The notes beneath the pieces are model-generated. The model did no database searches. It saw only the letters and a program-made list of their open reading frames with translations, and was not told the origin of the DNA. From assembly GCA_965228785.1 (NCBI GenBank), contig CBDDIF010000002.1, positions 1,516,361-1,580,360 on the forward strand: a DNA stretch of 64,000 bases, given 5' to 3'. Numbering within the stretch: position 1 is the first letter of the stretch; each line of letters begins with the position of its first letter. This stretch comes from Hoeflea sp. (GTDB lineage: Bacteria > Pseudomonadota > Alphaproteobacteria > Rhizobiales > Rhizobiaceae). This document shows positions 1 to 9,441 of the stretch, one piece after another. A program made the position numbers and the translations under genes.

Positions 1-252
1 GCCGTTCGAGACGAGCGAAAAGAGTTCGCCGCCCTTGAAGCCCAGTTCGTTGAACGGGCGCAGGTTCGCCTTGATCGCCCCGCCAGAGGCATCAACGATG
101 GTCTTGTTCCAGAACGGGTCTTCCATCTGCGTATACATCGACAGAATACCGATCGAACCCACCACGTTCATCTCGGTTTCAGGGATATCCTGGGCGACCG
201 CTGGCGCGGCCATGGCGAATGAGAATGCGATCAACGGTGTCTTGAGTTTCAT
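1..252 (-). CDS. TRAP transporter solute-binding protein (DctP family), N-terminal 84 codons; rest lies beyond the window edge
   Basis: Reverse-strand ATG at 250-252 is preceded by AAGGAGG. Translation starts MKLKTPLIAFSFAMAAPAVAQD (signal peptide), then ..NVVGSIGILSMY..RPFNELGFKGGE, which is DctP-like. It lies directly downstream of the dctQ/dctM-like genes. Confidence 0.75.
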   Translation of the reverse strand, partial: MKLKTPLIAFSFAMAAPAVAQDIPETEMNVVGSIGILSMYTQMEDPFWNKTIVDASGGAIKANLRPFNELGFKGGELFSLVSNG

Positions 253-278
253 GGGAACCTCCTTGTTGGTGTCGTTGG

Positions 279-1574
279 TCAGTTCGGGTTGAGGACTTCG
301 GGCAGCCACAGGGCCAGCCCTGGAAACAGGATCAGCAGTGCGACCATGATGAGCATCGCCACCAGGAACGGGCCCGATCCGACGAATAGATCGCCGATGG
401 AACCGGTTTTGCGGACCGCCTGGACGATGTAGAGATTTAGACCGACCGGCGGCGTAATCAGCGCCGCCTCGATCAGGATGACGAAAACGATTCCCCACCA
501 GACGGGGTCGTAGCCGAGAGCAACGATGACCGGCACGATAATGGGTGTCGTGGCGATCATCATCGAGATCGTCTCCATGAAGCAGCCGAGGACCAGATAA
601 AACGCAATGATCGCGAGCAGCATGGCGAGCGGCGGCCAACCAAGCCCGAGAATGCCGTCGGTGATGGCTTCGACAAGACCAATGGAGACCATCACCAGGT
701 TCAAAAAGAACGCGCTGAGGACAATGAGCAGGATCATGCAGGTGGTGCGAACCGTGCCTTCGAAGGCCGAAAGGAGAACGGGAAGGGTCAGCTTGCCGTT
801 CGCCGCCGCAAGGCCCAGGGTCGCGATCAGACCCAGAGCCGCAGCCTCCGTCGGTGTTGCCAGACCGACATAGATCGACCCCACCACGACCATGAACAGT
901 CCGAGCGGCGGCAGGAGGTGCGGCAGGCCAGCGATCCGCGCAGGCCACAGCGATCCGACTGCTCGCTCGCCCCGCACAAGGCCCGGCCTCAGCAAGACAG
1001 CCACCAGAACAATGCCGGAAAACAGCGCGGCCAACAGAAAACCCGGAACGAACCCCGCCGCGTACAGGTCGCGCACGGACGTCTCCGACAACACCGAATA
1101 GACGATCATGTTGATCGATGGCGGTATGAGAATGCCAAGCGTGCCACCGGCGGCGATGGACCCTAAAAACAGCGGTCGGTTGTAGCCACCCTTGTCCATG
1201 TTGGGTACGGCCACCGTGCCGATGGTCGCTGCCGTGGCGAGCGACGATCCCGAGGTGGCGGCGAAAACGGCGCTCGAAGCGATATTGGTGTGAATAAGCT
1301 GTCCTGGCACCCGTGCGAACCAGGGTGCAAGAGCCATGAATAGCCGCTCCGACACGCCGGACCTATGCATGAGTTCGCCCATCATGATGAACATGGGTGC
1401 GGCGATCAGGATGAAGTCCGTTGAGTGCGTCCAAACCAGCTGTCCAGACGCCGCGGTCATCGGGATGAAGGCAAAGTTTTCCGACAGAATGTAGCCTGAC
1501 AACACCAGAACCGCGGCCACGGGCAGGCTCAGCGCGAGCCCGATCAAAAGCAGGAAAAGCGCCGCCTGGATCAT
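279..1574 (-). CDS. dctM: TRAP transporter large permease subunit (DctM family)
   Basis: 431-aa polytopic membrane ORF. Its start overlaps the stop of the small-permease ORF (1571-1574). Length and hydrophobic pattern are typical of DctM. Confidence 0.9.
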   Translation of the reverse strand: MIQAALFLLLIGLALSLPVAAVLVLSGYILSENFAFIPMTAASGQLVWTHSTDFILIAAPMFIMMGELMHRSGVSERLFMALAPWFARVPGQLIHTNIASSAVFAATSGSSLATAATIGTVAVPNMDKGGYNRPLFLGSIAAGGTLGILIPPSINMIVYSVLSETSVRDLYAAGFVPGFLLAALFSGIVLVAVLLRPGLVRGERAVGSLWPARIAGLPHLLPPLGLFMVVVGSIYVGLATPTEAAALGLIATLGLAAANGKLTLPVLLSAFEGTVRTTCMILLIVLSAFFLNLVMVSIGLVEAITDGILGLGWPPLAMLLAIIAFYLVLGCFMETISMMIATTPIIVPVIVALGYDPVWWGIVFVILIEAALITPPVGLNLYIVQAVRKTGSIGDLFVGSGPFLVAMLIMVALLILFPGLALWLPEVLNPN

Positions 1575-2158
1575 TCACGCACCTGCGCACCGGTGATGCC
1601 ACCCTGCTGCAGTTCCTCCAGGAGGCCGGGCGCGGAGACCAGCGTTTCGGCCGTATCGGCATCGCCTGCTACCAGCCGCACGATCGCATAAACCGGGGTC
1701 AGAACCGCAACCGTCGCAAACCAGACGAATCCCGCCCACCAGATGGTCTGGGGAACCAGCAAGGGTGTCCGCAGCGTGGAGATCGACCGGGCATCGACCC
1801 GCCAGCTCTCCTGCAACACATCAAAGGTGTACCACGCGAAAGCGACGGCGGTGACAGCGAGCGAAACAGACGCCGCAAGATCGAACGGTATTCGCAGAGT
1901 GCGCGGCAGTTGGGCCGTGACAATATCCACCCGGATATTGGCCTTCGTGGTGACGGTATATCCCATGCCGAGGCCGATGCAGAGCGCCAGCGCGTATCCC
2001 GAAATCTCAAAGCTTTCGACGAGTGTGCGTCCCAGCAGCGCCCGGGCGGTGACGTCGATTGCCACCGGAACAGCGCAGCCGAAGAGGATCGTGGCGCCGG
2101 CCACCCAGGCCAGCCATCGCGAAATACGCCTACTTATTTCATAGACAGGCTTCACCAA
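1571..2158 (-). CDS. dctQ: TRAP transporter small permease subunit (DctQ family)
   Basis: 195-aa ORF with four hydrophobic segments, immediately upstream of and overlapping dctM. The exact start codon is uncertain. Confidence 0.8.
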   Translation of the reverse strand: MVKPVYEISRRISRWLAWVAGATILFGCAVPVAIDVTARALLGRTLVESFEISGYALALCIGLGMGYTVTTKANIRVDIVTAQLPRTLRIPFDLAASVSLAVTAVAFAWYTFDVLQESWRVDARSISTLRTPLLVPQTIWWAGFVWFATVAVLTPVYAIVRLVAGDADTAETLVSAPGLLEELQQGGITGAQVRE

Positions 2159-3257
2159 TCACATCCTCGATAAAGCGGCATCCGTCCGCCAGCGCATTGA
2201 TCTCGATAAACTCGTCATCGGTATGACCCTGGGCCATGTCGCCCGGCCCACAGACGATGACGTCGTGCCCTGCTTCACTGTAAAGGCCGGCCTCGGTTCC
2301 GAAGGTGAGGCTGACCGGCGCGCGCCCTCGGGTCAGCCGATCAAGGACACCATCCGGCGCGGTCCTGGCAAAGGGCGGGACATCACGGGACGTCTCGAGC
2401 CATGCGCCGGCGTCTTTGTGTCGACGTTTCAGGTCGTGGTCGATCTCCATCGCCAGCGAAGCCAACTCGGCATCGACCTGTTCGGTATCCGCCTTGGAAG
2501 CAGCGCGCAGCATCCAGGTGACCTCGCAATCGGCAGGCACCAGATTGATCGGCCCGCCACCGGAAATTCGCGTAACAACGAGGTTCGACGGGTAGCTCCC
2601 ACCCGTCTCGGCGAGATCATCTCCAAGCTCGGAAAGGCGTTGCAGCGCCGGTATGGCGCTCGCGATGGCGTTGACCCCCAGGTCAGGAGATCCGGAATGG
2701 GCCGGACTTCCTCTGATTTTCATGGACTGAACGCGACCACCTTTGTGGCGGATGCCCGGGTGCAGATTGGTCGGCTCGCCGACAATGATCCATTGCCCGG
2801 GCTTCAGGCGATCCAAGAGGCTTGGAACGCCCAGGCAACCGACTTCCTCATCATAGGAAAATGCCAGCGTTATGGGGCGTTTCAGGCCGCGTGATGTCAT
2901 ATCGGGCACCGCCGCCAGAACCACGCTGAGGAAGCCCTTCATGTCGGTCGTGCCTCGACCGTAGGCCTTGCCGCCCTCAAGACGAAGGCGAAACGGGTCG
3001 GAGGACCAGCGGTCGCTGTCAGCCGGAACCACATCGGTGTGGCCGCTGAGGACGATCCCCGTAAGGCTACTGTCTCCGATCACCGCGATCAGGTTCTGCT
3101 TTTCGCGGGTCGGGTCGTTCAGGAGCATCGTCTCGACCCCATGCCGGTCGAGATATGCCTTGATCCAGGAGATCAACGGCAGGTTGGAGCGGTGGCTCGA
3201 GGTATCGAAACTGACCAGCTGCTCGAGGATCTCTATGCATGTCTCCAAACGGTCCAT
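2139..3257 (-). CDS. M20 family metallopeptidase, acetylornithine deacetylase (ArgE)-like
   Basis: 372 aa with motifs LSGHTDVVP and GRGTTDMKGF and a C-terminal HTDDEF, typical of ArgE/DapE M20 deacylases. It is the first gene of the TRAP operon. Confidence 0.8.
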   Translation of the reverse strand: MDRLETCIEILEQLVSFDTSSHRSNLPLISWIKAYLDRHGVETMLLNDPTREKQNLIAVIGDSSLTGIVLSGHTDVVPADSDRWSSDPFRLRLEGGKAYGRGTTDMKGFLSVVLAAVPDMTSRGLKRPITLAFSYDEEVGCLGVPSLLDRLKPGQWIIVGEPTNLHPGIRHKGGRVQSMKIRGSPAHSGSPDLGVNAIASAIPALQRLSELGDDLAETGGSYPSNLVVTRISGGGPINLVPADCEVTWMLRAASKADTEQVDAELASLAMEIDHDLKRRHKDAGAWLETSRDVPPFARTAPDGVLDRLTRGRAPVSLTFGTEAGLYSEAGHDVIVCGPGDMAQGHTDDEFIEINALADGCRFIEDVIGEACL

Positions 3258-3313
3258 GCTGGAAGGTTAGGCTGATCAAAGGTATTCAAGCAATGAAAAA
3301 GATTGCATACTAA

Positions 3314-3330
3314 TATACGCCCAACGTATA
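3314..3330. promoter_or_regulatory. Candidate LysR-type box TATAC-N7-GTATA (T-N11-A core) in the divergent intergenic region
   Basis: Perfect inverted repeat tatac gcccaac gtata between the M20/TRAP operon and the LysR gene. It matches the general LTTR T-N11-A architecture. Confidence 0.4.
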
Positions 3331-3339
3331 GTCGGCGCC

Positions 3340-4245
3340 ATGCAACTTCGGCAACTCGAAGCCTTCCGCGCGACCGTCATTTCCGGGACGATATCCGCCG
3401 CGGCGGTCAGCCTGCGCAAGTCCCAACCGACAGTCAGCCGCCTGCTGCAACAGCTTGAACATGAACTTGGCATTGCGCTGTTCCGCCGTGAGCACGGGCG
3501 CGTGCATCTGACCCACGAAGGACTTCGCTTTTACCGGCGGGTCGACGAGGTCTTTGCAGCCTTTGACGAGCTGCAGACCATGGCCAGCGGACTTCGCAAC
3601 GACGCCTTCAGCGAGGTGCGGATTTTCTCAAGCCTCGCCTTGTCCATGACGGTCGTTCCTGAGATCGTGGCAAAACTCTCCGAACGCTATCCCCGTATCA
3701 AGGCGAAAGTCATCACGCTCGACGCCTACAGCTATTTCGGCAGCCATTGCGAAACCGAACATGACGTGGTGCTCGGACCCCGGATCGGCTTCGAAGCGCA
3801 AGTGGAACAGGTGCCCTTGGCGGAAGTCGACAGTGTCTGCGTCCTTCCGAAAAGCCACAGACTCGCAAAGCAGTCCGTGGTGCACGTCGAAGACCTGGCG
3901 GGCGAGTCGATGATCTCGCTTCTGGAGGATAACAACCGTCTGTTCATCAAGCATGAGAGAGTGTTTCGGGATGCCGGGGTCGAGGTCGAACAACGCCTCT
4001 ATTGCCACGCCTCGGCCGCGGCCTATGAAATGGTGCGCCAGGGGCTGGGTGTCGCGCTGATGGAGCCGTTCAGCGCGCCTTTCTGGGAAAAACGCGGCAT
4101 CGTCGTCCGGCCTTTCAAACCAAGCCTGCGATACGAATTCATCGCCGGCGTCAAACCGGGCGCCCTGCAATCCGCATCGACAAGGCTCATACTTGACCTG
4201 GCGCGAGAAGCGTTTCTGCGAAACGAGTACGCCTCGAGTTGCTGA
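3340..4245 (+). CDS. LysR family transcriptional regulator
   Basis: N-terminal wHTH MQLRQLEAFRATV..ISAAAVSLRKSQPTVSRLLQQLEHELGIALF. 301 aa, divergent from the operon it probably controls. Confidence 0.9.
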   Translation: MQLRQLEAFRATVISGTISAAAVSLRKSQPTVSRLLQQLEHELGIALFRREHGRVHLTHEGLRFYRRVDEVFAAFDELQTMASGLRNDAFSEVRIFSSLALSMTVVPEIVAKLSERYPRIKAKVITLDAYSYFGSHCETEHDVVLGPRIGFEAQVEQVPLAEVDSVCVLPKSHRLAKQSVVHVEDLAGESMISLLEDNNRLFIKHERVFRDAGVEVEQRLYCHASAAAYEMVRQGLGVALMEPFSAPFWEKRGIVVRPFKPSLRYEFIAGVKPGALQSASTRLILDLAREAFLRNEYASSC

Positions 4246-4397
4246 AATATCCCGTTGGGACGCTCCACCGCCCAAGATTCGCACAAGGCAGATCGGAGAT
4301 AATCCTCCTCAAGGCGAATCACGGACTCCTGTCGACTGTGCCGCGAATTGTCCTGACACCAGACCACGGGCAATGATGTAGGACGTTTCCGACGACA

Positions 4398-5390
4398 ATG
4401 CTGACGAATGCTTCCATCCTCGTCACCGGCGGCACCGGCTCGTTCGGCCATGCCTTTATTCCGCTGACCCTGGCGAAATACGATCCGAAGCGGATGGTCA
4501 TCTTTTCACGCGACGAGATGAAGCAATGGGAAATGGCCAAGCGGTTCGGGGACGACCCCCGCGTGCGGTTTTTCATCGGTGATGTGCGCGACAAGGAGCG
4601 GTTGGCGCGGGCGTTGAACGGCATCGACTATGTGGTCCACGCCGCGGCGACGAAGATCGTGCCGACGGCTGAATACAACCCGTTCGAATGCGTCAAGACC
4701 AACGTCAATGGTGCCATGAACGTCATCGACACCTGTATCGATGCCGGCGTCAAACGGGTCATCGCGCTCTCGACCGACAAGGCCAGCAGTCCGGCCAATC
4801 TCTATGGCGCCACCAAACTTGCGTCCGACAAGCTTTTCATCGCCGGCAATTCCTACAGCGGTGCGGCCGATACGCGCTTCGCTGTGGTTCGCTACGGCAA
4901 CGTGATGGGATCGCGTGGGTCGGTCATTCCTTACTTTATGTCATTGAAGAAAAAGGGTGTTCTGCCGATCACCGACACCCGGATGACCCGTTTCATGATC
5001 ACCCTCGAACAGGGTGTCGAACTTGTGTGGACCGCCTTCGAAGACACCGTCGGTGGTGAAATCTACGTCAAGAAGATCCCCTCCATGGGCATCATGGACA
5101 TCGCCAAGGCGATCGCGCCAGAGGCCGCGACGGATGTGATCGGCGTGCGGCCGGGGGAGAAGTTGCACGAGCAGATGATCGGCATCGAGGACGCGCTCCA
5201 CACTTACGAATATGACGACCACTTCAAGATCCTGCCGGCCATCCACAACTGGTCGGAAGATCCGGTAAGGATTGGCACCGGCACAAAGGTTGACACCGAC
5301 TTCGTCTACAGTTCCGACCAGAACGACGTCTGGATGAAGCCGGAGGAACTGGCGGTCTGGATCGAGCAAAACCACCCGGACATTCTGTAG
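4398..5390 (+). CDS. pseB: UDP-N-acetylglucosamine 4,6-dehydratase (inverting), PseB
   Basis: VTGGTGSFG Rossmann motif, FSRDEMKQ, YGATK catalytic motif. 330 aa; first gene of the pseC/F/I/H operon. Confidence 0.85.
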   Translation: MLTNASILVTGGTGSFGHAFIPLTLAKYDPKRMVIFSRDEMKQWEMAKRFGDDPRVRFFIGDVRDKERLARALNGIDYVVHAAATKIVPTAEYNPFECVKTNVNGAMNVIDTCIDAGVKRVIALSTDKASSPANLYGATKLASDKLFIAGNSYSGAADTRFAVVRYGNVMGSRGSVIPYFMSLKKKGVLPITDTRMTRFMITLEQGVELVWTAFEDTVGGEIYVKKIPSMGIMDIAKAIAPEAATDVIGVRPGEKLHEQMIGIEDALHTYEYDDHFKILPAIHNWSEDPVRIGTGTKVDTDFVYSSDQNDVWMKPEELAVWIEQNHPDIL

Positions 5391-5399
5391 GGCCGCACC

Positions 5400-6557
5400 A
5401 TGATTCCGTATGGCCGACAGGACATTTCAGATGCCGATATCGAGGCCGTTGTCGACGTCCTGAAATCCGATTTCCTGACCCAGGGGCCGACTGTCGAGAG
5501 GTTCGAAACGGCCGTTGCCGGCTATTGCGGCGCTGTGCGCGGTGTTGCCGTCAGCAGTGCAACTGCCGCGCTTCACCTGGCGTGCCTCGCCCTGGATGTC
5601 GGCCCTGGTGACTTGGTGTGGACGAGCCCCATCAGCTTCGTCGCCAGTGCCAATTGCGCTCTTTACTGCGGTGCGGATATCGATTTCGTCGACATCGATC
5701 CTCAAAGCTATTCAGTGAGCGTCGATGCGCTTGCCGAAAAGCTTGAGGATGCGGCAAAGCGCAACCGGTTGCCGAAGGTCGTCATACCGGTTCATCTCGG
5801 CGGTCAGTCATGCCGCATGGACGAAATCGGTCGCTTGGCGCTGGAATTCGGATTTGCCGTCGTGGAGGATGCGTCGCATGCCATCGGCGGCACCTACATG
5901 GGTGAGACTGTCGGCAACTGTCGGTTCAGCGATATCGCTGTATTCAGCTTCCATCCCGTCAAGATCGTCACCACCGGCGAAGGCGGTATGGCTCTGACCA
6001 ATCGGCCGGACCTGGCCGAAAGGATGACGCTGCTCCGTTCCCATGGCGTCACTCGCGACCCGACGCTCATGCAGGGCCCGTCACATGGTGGATGGTATTA
6101 CGAGCAGGTGGATCTCGGGTTCAATTACCGCATGACCGATATCCAGGCGGCACTGGGCTGCAGCCAACTCGGCCGGATCGATGAATTCGTGCGCCGTCGC
6201 CGCGACCTCGCCCAGCGCTATGACCGGCTGTTGAAGGACTTGCCGCTGACCCTGCCGTGGCAACATCCGGATTGTCAGTCTGCGTGGCACCTTTACGTCG
6301 TCCGGCTGGACCGAGAACACCTTGCCGTCAGCCACCGGGAGGTCTTCGAACGCCTGCGGTCGGCGGATATCGGCGTCAACCTGCACTATATTCCCATTCA
6401 CACCCAACCCTACTTCAAAAAGCTGGGGTTCAAATTCGGGGACTTTCCGGAGGCCGAGCGTTACTATGAGGAAGCTATCACCATTCCGCTTTTTCCCGGC
6501 ATGTCCGAAGCCCAGCAGGACGAGGTCGTTGATTGCCTCGGGCGAGCACTGACATGA
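5400..6557 (+). CDS. pseC: UDP-4-amino-4,6-dideoxy-N-acetyl-beta-L-altrosamine transaminase, PseC (DegT/DnrJ/EryC1 family)
   Basis: MIPYGRQDISDADIEAV..DFLTQGP N-terminus and SFHPVK PLP-lysine motif. 385 aa, placed between pseB and pseF. Confidence 0.85.
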   Translation: MIPYGRQDISDADIEAVVDVLKSDFLTQGPTVERFETAVAGYCGAVRGVAVSSATAALHLACLALDVGPGDLVWTSPISFVASANCALYCGADIDFVDIDPQSYSVSVDALAEKLEDAAKRNRLPKVVIPVHLGGQSCRMDEIGRLALEFGFAVVEDASHAIGGTYMGETVGNCRFSDIAVFSFHPVKIVTTGEGGMALTNRPDLAERMTLLRSHGVTRDPTLMQGPSHGGWYYEQVDLGFNYRMTDIQAALGCSQLGRIDEFVRRRRDLAQRYDRLLKDLPLTLPWQHPDCQSAWHLYVVRLDREHLAVSHREVFERLRSADIGVNLHYIPIHTQPYFKKLGFKFGDFPEAERYYEEAITIPLFPGMSEAQQDEVVDCLGRALT

Positions 6558-7261
6558 CAAACATCGCCGTCATTCCCGCCCGTGGCGGTTCGAAGCGGAT
6601 ACCACGCAAAAACATCAAGCCGTTCGCCGGACGGCCGATCCTCGCCTGGGTCCTGGAGGCCGCACGGGATGCCGGTTGTTTCGACGCGCTGATCGTCTCC
6701 ACCGATGACGAGGAAATCGCGTCGGTCGCGGCCGAGCATGGAGCCGAGGCGCCCTTTGTTCGCCCGCCAGACCTGTCAGACGATTTCGCCGGTATCGGTC
6801 CGGTCGTTGCCCATGCGGCGGATTGGTATGAACAGCATCGATCGAAACCGGACCATGTCTGCTGCCTGTTTGCGACCGCGCCTTTCCTGCTGCCGTCAGA
6901 TCTCACCTCGGGTCTGGACCGATTGATCGCGGGCCAAAAGGACTACGCCTTCTCCGTGGCCGAGTTTCCCTACCCGATCCAGCGGGCGCTGCGCATCGCC
7001 AACAATGGTGAAGTGGCGATGTTCTCCCCGGAACATATGACGACCCGTTCGCAGGATCTGGAAAGCGCCTATCACGACGCCGGCCAGTTCTACTGGGGGC
7101 GCCATGAGGCATGGATCGCGCAAAAACCGGTCTTTTCAAGCGCATCGCTGGCCATCAAGCTGCCGCGCATTCGCGCCCAGGATATCGACACACCCGAAGA
7201 CTGGGAGATTTCCGAACAGCTCTTTCGCGTACTCCGTGGTGTGTCTGGAGACGCCGAATGA
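6554..7261 (+). CDS. pseF: Pseudaminic acid cytidylyltransferase, PseF (CMP-sugar synthetase family)
   Basis: MTNIAVIPARGGSKRIPRKN motif. The ATG at 6554 overlaps the pseC stop as ATGA, so I chose it over the longer ORF start at 6533. Confidence 0.8.
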   Translation: MTNIAVIPARGGSKRIPRKNIKPFAGRPILAWVLEAARDAGCFDALIVSTDDEEIASVAAEHGAEAPFVRPPDLSDDFAGIGPVVAHAADWYEQHRSKPDHVCCLFATAPFLLPSDLTSGLDRLIAGQKDYAFSVAEFPYPIQRALRIANNGEVAMFSPEHMTTRSQDLESAYHDAGQFYWGRHEAWIAQKPVFSSASLAIKLPRIRAQDIDTPEDWEISEQLFRVLRGVSGDAE

Positions 7262-8313
7262 CACGGACAATCAGCATTGATGGCCGCGTGATCGGTGATG
7301 GGGCTTCCCCCTTTGTCGTCGCGGAGATGTCGGCCAACCACAATGGCAACATCGGCAACGCCTTCAAGATCATCGACATGGCGCTGGATGCCGGAGCCGA
7401 CGCCGTCAAGATGCAGACCTACCGGCCCGACACGATCACCCTGGCCTCGAACGACGATGCTTTCACCATCAAAGACGGGCTTTGGGCCGGACGAACTCTC
7501 TACGATCTCTACGACTGGGCGCATACACCCTGGGAATGGCATGCGGACCTGTTTGCATACGCCAAGAGAAAGGGGATCACGCTGTTCAGCAGCCCGTTCG
7601 ATGCCACAGCGGTGGACCTGCTGGAAGATCTCAACGCTCCGGCCTACAAAATCGCTTCCTTCGAAGCGGTCGACCTGCCGCTTATCCGTTACGTCGCTTC
7701 GACCGGCAAGCCGATGATCGTTTCGACCGGCATGGCCGATGCCGAAGAGATTGCTGAGGCGATTGCAGCCGCCCGCGACGGCGGGTGCCGGGAACTGGCG
7801 ATCCTGCATTGCATCAGTGGCTATCCTGCGCCGCCTGAAGACTACAATCTCAGAACTATTCCTGACATGATCGATCGGTTCGGGCTGGTGACGGGACTGT
7901 CGGATCACACGCTGGACAACACGACGGCCATCGCCAGCATCGCGCTCGGGGCATCGATCATCGAAAAGCACGTTACCCTCGACCGAAACGGCGGCGGACC
8001 GGATGACAGTTTTTCCCTTGAGGCTGCGGAACTGGCGGACCTGTGTCGGCAAGGCCGAACCGCCTGGTCCGCCCTGGGCGCTGTCGACTACGGCTGCAAG
8101 TCCAGCGAAGTCGGCAATGTCAAATTCCGCCGCTCGCTCTATTTCGTCGCCGATCTGGAGGCCGGCGACACAATCACCGAGGCGCATGTGCGCAGCGTGC
8201 GGCCCGGCTTCGGTCTGGCGCCAAAGCACCTCGATGAGGTCATCGGCCAGCGCGCCAGATGCGATATCGGTGCCAACAATCCGGTGACCTGGAACCTTCT
8301 GGAGCCGTCATAG
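7258..8313 (+). CDS. pseI: Pseudaminic acid synthase, PseI (NeuB family)
   Basis: Starts MTRTISIDGRVIGDGASPFVVAEMSANHNG. NeuB-type TIM barrel plus a C-terminal SAF-like part. The ATG at 7258 overlaps the pseF stop (ATGA); the ORF-track start at 7111 is an upstream extension. Confidence 0.85.
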   Translation: MTRTISIDGRVIGDGASPFVVAEMSANHNGNIGNAFKIIDMALDAGADAVKMQTYRPDTITLASNDDAFTIKDGLWAGRTLYDLYDWAHTPWEWHADLFAYAKRKGITLFSSPFDATAVDLLEDLNAPAYKIASFEAVDLPLIRYVASTGKPMIVSTGMADAEEIAEAIAAARDGGCRELAILHCISGYPAPPEDYNLRTIPDMIDRFGLVTGLSDHTLDNTTAIASIALGASIIEKHVTLDRNGGGPDDSFSLEAAELADLCRQGRTAWSALGAVDYGCKSSEVGNVKFRRSLYFVADLEAGDTITEAHVRSVRPGFGLAPKHLDEVIGQRARCDIGANNPVTWNLLEPS

Positions 8314-8316
8314 CGC

Positions 8317-8895
8317 ATGCAAACGATCGTCTTGAGAAGGATCGGCGACTGCGACGAGGACCAGCGGCAGCAGATCCGCCTGATCCGGAACCAGCCTTCA
8401 GTCAGACAGGCGATGTACACCGATCACGAGATCAGCGTCGAGGAACACCAGTCCTGGTTGGAGCGTGTCAGCAACGACCCGAGGCAGATCGTCTTCGTCG
8501 TGCTGAACGAAGGCCAGGTGGTTGGCTGCGTCAGCATCAACGATCTGGACCGGCGTCACAGCAAGTCGGACTGGGCCTTCTACCTGGACGAAAGCCAGCG
8601 GGGTGGGTTGGGCGCCGCTTTGGAGTTTGAACTGATCAATTACGCCTTTGGCGATCTTGGCCTGGAGAAGCTGAATTGCGAGGTCATCGAGACCAATCCC
8701 GCCGTGGTCAAAATGCACAAGCGGTTCGGCTTTGAGGAGGAAGGATTTCGCCGCTCCAACATCGAGAAGGATGGTAAAAGGATCGGCGTATATTTTCTCG
8801 GCCTCGTGAAGGCCGACTGGCTGGCTTCACGCGAAGCAATCGAAGCCGGATGCAAAGCGATACTCGACCGGTTTGCCATCAGGATCGAGGCGTGA
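8317..8895 (+). CDS. pseH: UDP-4-amino-4,6-dideoxy-N-acetyl-beta-L-altrosamine N-acetyltransferase, PseH (GNAT)
   Basis: LRRI..IRLIRNQPSVRQAMYTDHEISVEEHQSWL.. and KMHKRFGFEEEG are GNAT features typical of PseH. It starts 4 nt after pseI. Confidence 0.7.
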   Translation: MQTIVLRRIGDCDEDQRQQIRLIRNQPSVRQAMYTDHEISVEEHQSWLERVSNDPRQIVFVVLNEGQVVGCVSINDLDRRHSKSDWAFYLDESQRGGLGAALEFELINYAFGDLGLEKLNCEVIETNPAVVKMHKRFGFEEEGFRRSNIEKDGKRIGVYFLGLVKADWLASREAIEAGCKAILDRFAIRIEA

Positions 8896-8903
8896 CGACA
8901 AAC

Positions 8904-9332
8904 ATGATCCATCTTGAAGAGATCATACCGAGCGACGAGCAGGTCCAAACCCTTTATCGGCTTCTGGAAGCGCGGAAGCATCGCATCAGCCACACCACCC
9001 TGCCTTCCTACGAGGAGCATGAGGCCTTTGTGCGGGACCATCCGTATCGCGTCTGGCTGCTTGTGCGCAACGCCGACAGCTACATCGGCTCGGTCTACGT
9101 TCACACTGATAACACCGTCGGCATCAATCTATTGGACGAGCGTGTGGCGGACTGTTTCGACGTAGTTCTCGACCAGGTGCTTGAGGTTTATGATCCGTTG
9201 CCTGCGGTCAAGTCGGTGAGACACGGATCCTTTGCCATCAATGTCGCGCCCGCCAACCGCGCCCTGATCTCTGCTCTTGAAACGCGGGGATACCCGGTCG
9301 CCCAGGTGACCTATCTCGTCGCCCGACGGTAG
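8904..9332 (+). CDS. Hypothetical protein, possibly a GNAT-like fold; last small gene of the pse operon
   Basis: 142-aa ORF. An in-frame GTG at 8892 overlapping the pseH stop is an alternative start. The pattern ..EEHEAFVRDHPYRVWLLV.. loosely echoes the PseH N-terminal region. I recognise no firm family. Confidence 0.45.
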   Translation: MIHLEEIIPSDEQVQTLYRLLEARKHRISHTTLPSYEEHEAFVRDHPYRVWLLVRNADSYIGSVYVHTDNTVGINLLDERVADCFDVVLDQVLEVYDPLPAVKSVRHGSFAINVAPANRALISALETRGYPVAQVTYLVARR

Positions 9333-9441
9333 GTTTCCATAGGCGCCCTGTCTGCCCAAGCCACGCGCAAGTTTGATCCGGTACCTCTGGAGGTGGTCTG
9401 AAGGGACGCCTTGAAGGCGATCCGACCGGATTGGCGAGCAG

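Noticed and set aside
7090-8229. Long antisense or alternative-frame ORFs: 7090-8229 (379 aa), 10417-11307 (296 aa), 20577-21566 (329 aa), 25942-27486 (514 aa), 41492-42808 (438 aa), 42639-43706 (355 aa), 45790-46692 (300 aa), 56166-57215 (349 aa), 57266-58351 (361 aa) and 61325-62422 (365 aa).
   Set aside because: Each lies opposite to, or out of frame with, a gene that has clear family motifs. Their translations are Arg/Gly/Pro/His-rich with no recognisable domains. These are the typical shadow ORFs of high-GC DNA.
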